Below, one piece after another: positions 60,631-64,000 of a DNA stretch of 64,000 nt (positions are counted from its first letter, which is position 1; the number at the start of each line of letters is the position of its first letter). Origin of the DNA: an uncultured Actinomycetes bacterium (lineage in GTDB: Bacteria > Actinomycetota > Thermoleophilia > Gaiellales > JALYLC01); the NCBI GenBank assembly GCA_963834415.1, contig CAWIBP010000005.1, forward strand, positions 82,976 to 146,975, given 5' to 3'. Made by a program: the position numbers and the translations under genes. Under the pieces are notes generated by a model, which saw only the letters and a program-made list of their open reading frames with translations, was not told the DNA's origin and did no database searches.

Positions 60631-62284
60631 CAGCTGAGCCGGAGCTCCTCGGGATAGTGGGCGATCAGGCTGCGGATCGGTGCCGGCATTCCGCTGCCGT
60701 GTGCACAAAGGCTACCGCGCTCCAGCACTTCGAGCAGATCTTCCAGCGAGCTCAGGTCGACGGCGGCGTCCGCGCGGAACATGTCGTAGGCGCGCTTGAG
60801 GCCGATCCGGCACGGAAAGCACTTGCCGCACGACTCGTGCGCGCCGAAGCGCAGGAGGTGCTCGGCGACGGCTCGCATGTCGGTCGAGTCGTCGAACGCG
60901 ACGATGCCGCCATGGCCGACCATGCAGCCCTCGGCGGCGAGCTCGTCGAAGTCGAACGGCGTGTCGAGCCTGGAGGCGGGGAGGATGCCGGCGAGCGGGC
61001 CGCCGATCTGCAGCGCCTTGATCGTCGTGCCGTCGACGCGGGCCGCCGGCGACCTCGTCGCAGAGCTCGCGGATCGACGTCCCGAAGCGCACCTCGTAGA
61101 CGCCGGGGCGCTTGAAGCGGTCGTTGAAGCACACGAGCTTCGAGCCGGGCGTCGCGCCCGGCGAGAGGTCGCGATAGGCCTGGGCGCCGGCGCGTGCGAT
61201 GAACGGCATGTTGCAGAGCGTCTCGACGTTGTTGACGACCGTCGGCAGGCCGAGCAGGCCGCGCTGCGCCGGGAACGGCGGACGCGCCGAGACCTGCCCG
61301 CGCAGGCCCTGCAGGCACGCGAGCAGCGCGGTCTCCTCGCCGACGACGTACGAGCCGGCGCCTTCGATGATCGTGATGTCGAACGCGAACCCGGAGCCGA
61401 GGATGTCGTCGCCGAGCGCGCCCTCGGCATGCGCCTCGGCGATCGCCGCGTCGAGCGCGGGCTTCGAGAGCGGGTACTCCGAGCGCGTCAGCACGAAGCC
61501 GTGCGCCGCGCCGACGGCGTAGCCCGCGAGCGCCATGCCCTCGAGCAGCAGCGCCGGGTTCTGCTCCATCAGGTACTTGTCGATGTACGAGCCCGGGTCG
61601 CCCTCGTCGCCGTTCGCGACGATGACCTTCTCGTCGCCCGGGGAGGCGCGCGTGAACTCCCACTTCACGCCGGCCGGGAAGCCGGCGCCGCCGCGGCCGC
61701 GCACCTCGGCCTCCTTGACCTGCGCGAGCAGCTCGACGGGCGTCCAGTCGGCGAGCGCGCGGCGCAGGCCCGACCAGTCTGCCGGGCCGGATCAGCACCG
61801 GCTCGTCGAGCACCGACTGCCAGACCGGCTCGGCGGCGGCCGTGCCGGTGCCGGCGATCACGCGCTCGACGGCGTCGGGCCCGGCGACGATCGTCTCGTC
61901 GTCGCGCAGCGCCGGAGACGAGTGGCAGAAGCCCAGGCAGACGGTCTCGGCGAGCGAGACGGAGCGATCCTCGGAGCGCTCGCCCATCTTCAGCCCGAGC
62001 GCCTGCTCGGTCTGCTCGACGTGCCCGCCGCCGGTGGCCGCGAAGCAGGCGGTTCCCGTACACACGCGCACGTGGCGCTCGCCGCGCGGGGCGAGCAGGT
62101 CGTCGTAGAACGTCGAGACGCCGTAGACGGCGGCCTCCGGGAGGCCCGAGACGACGGACGCGCGCCTGCGATCGTCGTCGGTCAGCTCGCCGCGCTCGTC
62201 CATCGCCTGCTTGAGCACCTCCAGCGCGGTGGGCGCCTGGAGGCCATGATGACGGCGGATCAGCTCGATGAGGTTCTTCGACAC
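60630..62284 (-). pseudogene. fused NuoE-like/NuoF-like diaphorase subunit of formate dehydrogenase (FdsG-FdsB), frame-disrupted (two junctions)
   Basis: TACGCT-N6-GTG 62284. VCTGTACFAATG...CLGFC. GRGGAGFPAGVKWEF...GDEGDPGSY...ESCGKCFPCR. Junctions are near 61785 and 61045. Confidence 0.85.
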
Positions 62285-62380
62285 ACCCCCAGCGTAACCG
62301 CCTGGGGGCCGCGCGCCTGTGGGCAGAGCGCACACACTTCATTGCGCACGGCGATGCCGGGACGACGCACAGCGGAGGCG

Positions 62381-62611
62381 ATGATGGACGACGAAGCGAT
62401 CGACGAGCAGGTGGAGGAGGCCGCGGAGCATGCAGAGCGCTCCGTCGAGCACCGCGAGGAGGAGCGCCGGCTCGAGGGCAAGGCGCAGGCGGGCGACGGC
62501 GAGAGCGAGGAGGCGCTGTCCGGCAAGGCGCGCGACCATCACGCCGCGGCCGAGCAGGAGGAGGACGACGCGGAGCAGGCGGCCGGAGCAGCCTCTGAGG
62601 ATCAGGAGTAG
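62381..62611 (+). CDS. small highly acidic protein (76 aa), unknown function
   Basis: GGAGG lies 2 nt before ATG 62381. MMDDEAIDEQVEEAAEHAERSVEHREEERRLEG...EQEEDDAEQ. High GC3. It forms the tail of track ORF 61535..62611. Confidence 0.45.
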   Translation: MMDDEAIDEQVEEAAEHAERSVEHREEERRLEGKAQAGDGESEEALSGKARDHHAAAEQEEDDAEQAAGAASEDQE

Positions 62612-62669
62612 GGGGCAGCCGGTCGCCCGGACGGCCCCGGGAGCCCGACCGCGCGGTGCGCGAGCCGGG

Positions 62670-63065
62670 CTAGCCTCTCGGCTCGAGCACGAAGATCTCG
62701 GAGGCGAGGTCCGTGTCGACGTCGACGGCGCTCATGAACGACACGACGCGCCGCTCGGTGGCCTGCTCCACGGCCGCCCGGAACTTGTCCTCGGCGGCGT
62801 ACTGGAACATCATCCGGATGTCGCGCAGGCGCTGTTGCTCGCCCATCTCGCGCATGCGCCGCTCGACCGGCGTGAGCGTGTCCGCGAGGATGCAGATCAG
62901 CACGTCGGGCCCCGCGAAGTACGTGCGCGCGTTCTCGGGGCCGCGGCCGAACTGCTCCTTGTAGATGCGCACCATCGCGCTCGTCACGCGCGGGAGCACC
63001 CGCGCGTCGGTATGACCGTCCTGAGCGCCGGCGCCCTCGGCAGGCGCCATCTCGTCGCTGTCCAC
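62670..63065 (-). CDS. DUF2294 family protein
   Basis: VTSAMVRIYKEQFGRGPENARTYFAGPDVLICILADTLTPVERRM...VVSFMSAVDVDTDLASEIFVL. Confidence 0.8.
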   Translation of the reverse strand: MDSDEMAPAEGAGAQDGHTDARVLPRVTSAMVRIYKEQFGRGPENARTYFAGPDVLICILADTLTPVERRMREMGEQQRLRDIRMMFQYAAEDKFRAAVEQATERRVVSFMSAVDVDTDLASEIFVLEPRG

Positions 63066-63244
63066 GTCGTCCCCTCGATCGCTCGCCGGCGGGTCCTAGC
63101 CGCGGAGCGAGTGCGCGCCGGCCGCGGGAACCATGGCCCACGGGAGCTCGGCGACTGTCGAGATCGTCGCGCCCTTAAGGGAAGTGCACAGCGTCGGCCG
63201 CACAGGCAGCCTCTGCCGCCACCCACCTTATCCCCTCGGCGGGT

Positions 63245-63273
63245 TTGACTCGGCCGTCCCGATCGGTTATACC
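63245..63273 (+). promoter_or_regulatory. candidate promoter TTGACT-N17-TATACC (also readable as GGTTT-N18-GGTTAT)
   Basis: Seen directly in a lower-GC intergenic region. It would give a ~185-nt leader before the STAS gene. Confidence 0.45.
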
Positions 63274-63461
63274 GTGCGGAGAGGCCGACGCTGCTTGGCG
63301 GCAGACGCTCCCGATGGTTCCCAGCGGGGTTGCACGCCTCATTCCGGGACGTGCTGCTCCGACCTGCCCTCGCAGATCCCCCTGAGCCCCGTGGACTGCG
63401 ACCCACCGTCACGCGGTGCGGATCCGACGGACAGCAAGGGTGCGCGCCACAGAGGGGTCTG

Positions 63462-63893
63462 ATGAACGACGAGCAGCACGACCCGACATCGCAGGGGCTG
63501 CAGCGACCTGAGCCGGGAACGATCGAGCTGACCCACCACGTGCCGGGGCTCGCCGTCGTCGACGTGCGCGGTGAGCACGATCTGAGCACCGTGCCTGCGC
63601 TCTCGGCGGTGCTCGAGCAGGCCGCCGCGCATTCCCACGTGATCGTCGACCTCTCGGAGTGCACGTTCATCGACTCCACCGTGATCGCCGCGCTGCTGGC
63701 GACGGCGCACGCCGTGAAGGCGCGGGACGAGCGCTTCGTGCTCGTGATCCCCAGCGAGCAGCGCCGCATCGCGCGCGTGGCCGAGATGACCGGCCTCCCC
63801 GCACTCGTCGACGTCCGCACGACGCGCGAGGCGGCGCTGGCGAGCGTCGAGCGCTCGCAGGGCGACGGCTCGCAGGGCTCCGACGATGGATGA
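63462..63893 (+). CDS. STAS domain anti-sigma factor antagonist (SpoIIAA/RsbV-like)
   Basis: ATG at 63462 within track ORF 63330..63893. VVDVRGEHDLSTVPAL...VIVDLSECTFIDSTVIAALL. Confidence 0.85.
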   Translation: MNDEQHDPTSQGLQRPEPGTIELTHHVPGLAVVDVRGEHDLSTVPALSAVLEQAAAHSHVIVDLSECTFIDSTVIAALLATAHAVKARDERFVLVIPSEQRRIARVAEMTGLPALVDVRTTREAALASVERSQGDGSQGSDDG

Positions 63894-64000
63894 CGCCGAC
63901 CGAGCCCACTGGCTCGAGCCGTCCCCGCCGCTCGCCGTCGACGGCTACGCGCGCGGCGAGCGCACGCGTCCGGCCGTGAACGTGAACGACCCCGAGCCGC
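63886..64000 (+). CDS. partial ORF of unknown function (runs off window)
   Basis: ATG at 63886 overlaps the STAS stop region. It reads MDDADRAHWLEPSPPLAVDGYARGERTRPAVNVNDPEP. Too short to assign. Confidence 0.25.
   Translation, partial: MDDADRAHWLEPSPPLAVDGYARGERTRPAVNVNDPEP

Overview
This is a very GC-rich, densely coding chromosomal segment. It looks Actinomycetota-like; that is an inference from composition, GTGA/ATGA-coupled starts, TANNNT-N6-start leaderless architecture and the protein families present. I saw no rRNA, tRNA, CRISPR array, transposase or integrase.

Positions 1-35.7 kb form one large cell-surface glycan locus of the ABC-transporter-dependent type. It contains:
- a Wzm/Wzt exporter, where Wzt carries a C-terminal glycan-binding-type extension;
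- Gmd plus an Rmd-like reductase (GDP-6-deoxyhexose supply);
- 13 GT1/GT2/GT4 glycosyltransferases and three SAM methyltransferases;
- an AsnB-like amidotransferase and two SDR epimerase/dehydratases;
- a WbpM/CapD-like dehydratase plus a DegT aminotransferase;
- an O-acyltransferase;
- a GtrB-like polyprenol-P glycosyltransferase with a DUF2304 partner, and two GT-C-like polytopic proteins;
- a small coiled-coil protein and an embedded LysR regulator.

Positions 35.8-64 kb are a mixed metabolic stretch:
- an argininosuccinate-lyase-like gene, an unknown-domain/GcvT-like gene and a racemase-like gene;
- a GT2 and a Ppm1-like synthase;
- a PhnD-like binding protein, a MepA-like peptidase, an SDR and a delta-60-repeat secreted protein;
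- SnoaL/TetR genes, split ThDP decarboxylase subunits and an M19 dipeptidase;
- an amine-dehydrogenase-like gene, a CAP-domain protein and an allantoinase-like amidohydrolase;
- P450 plus ferredoxin, a nitroreductase, DUF genes and a cupin;
- a NAD-type formate dehydrogenase operon, DUF2294 and a STAS anti-sigma antagonist.

Two things stand out.
1. A ~135-nt non-coding junction/leader element occurs twice in the glycan locus (3184-3319 and 24917-25049), at about 85% identity by hand alignment. It is a candidate undescribed cis-regulatory RNA/DNA element.
2. More than 50 single-nucleotide frame disruptions are strongly clustered in some segments and absent from others. They are mostly +1 and often sit at short G/C runs. 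This looks more like assembly indel error than biology, but real decay cannot be excluded from sequence alone.

I do not see a clear novel multi-gene system, such as a defence system, in this window.
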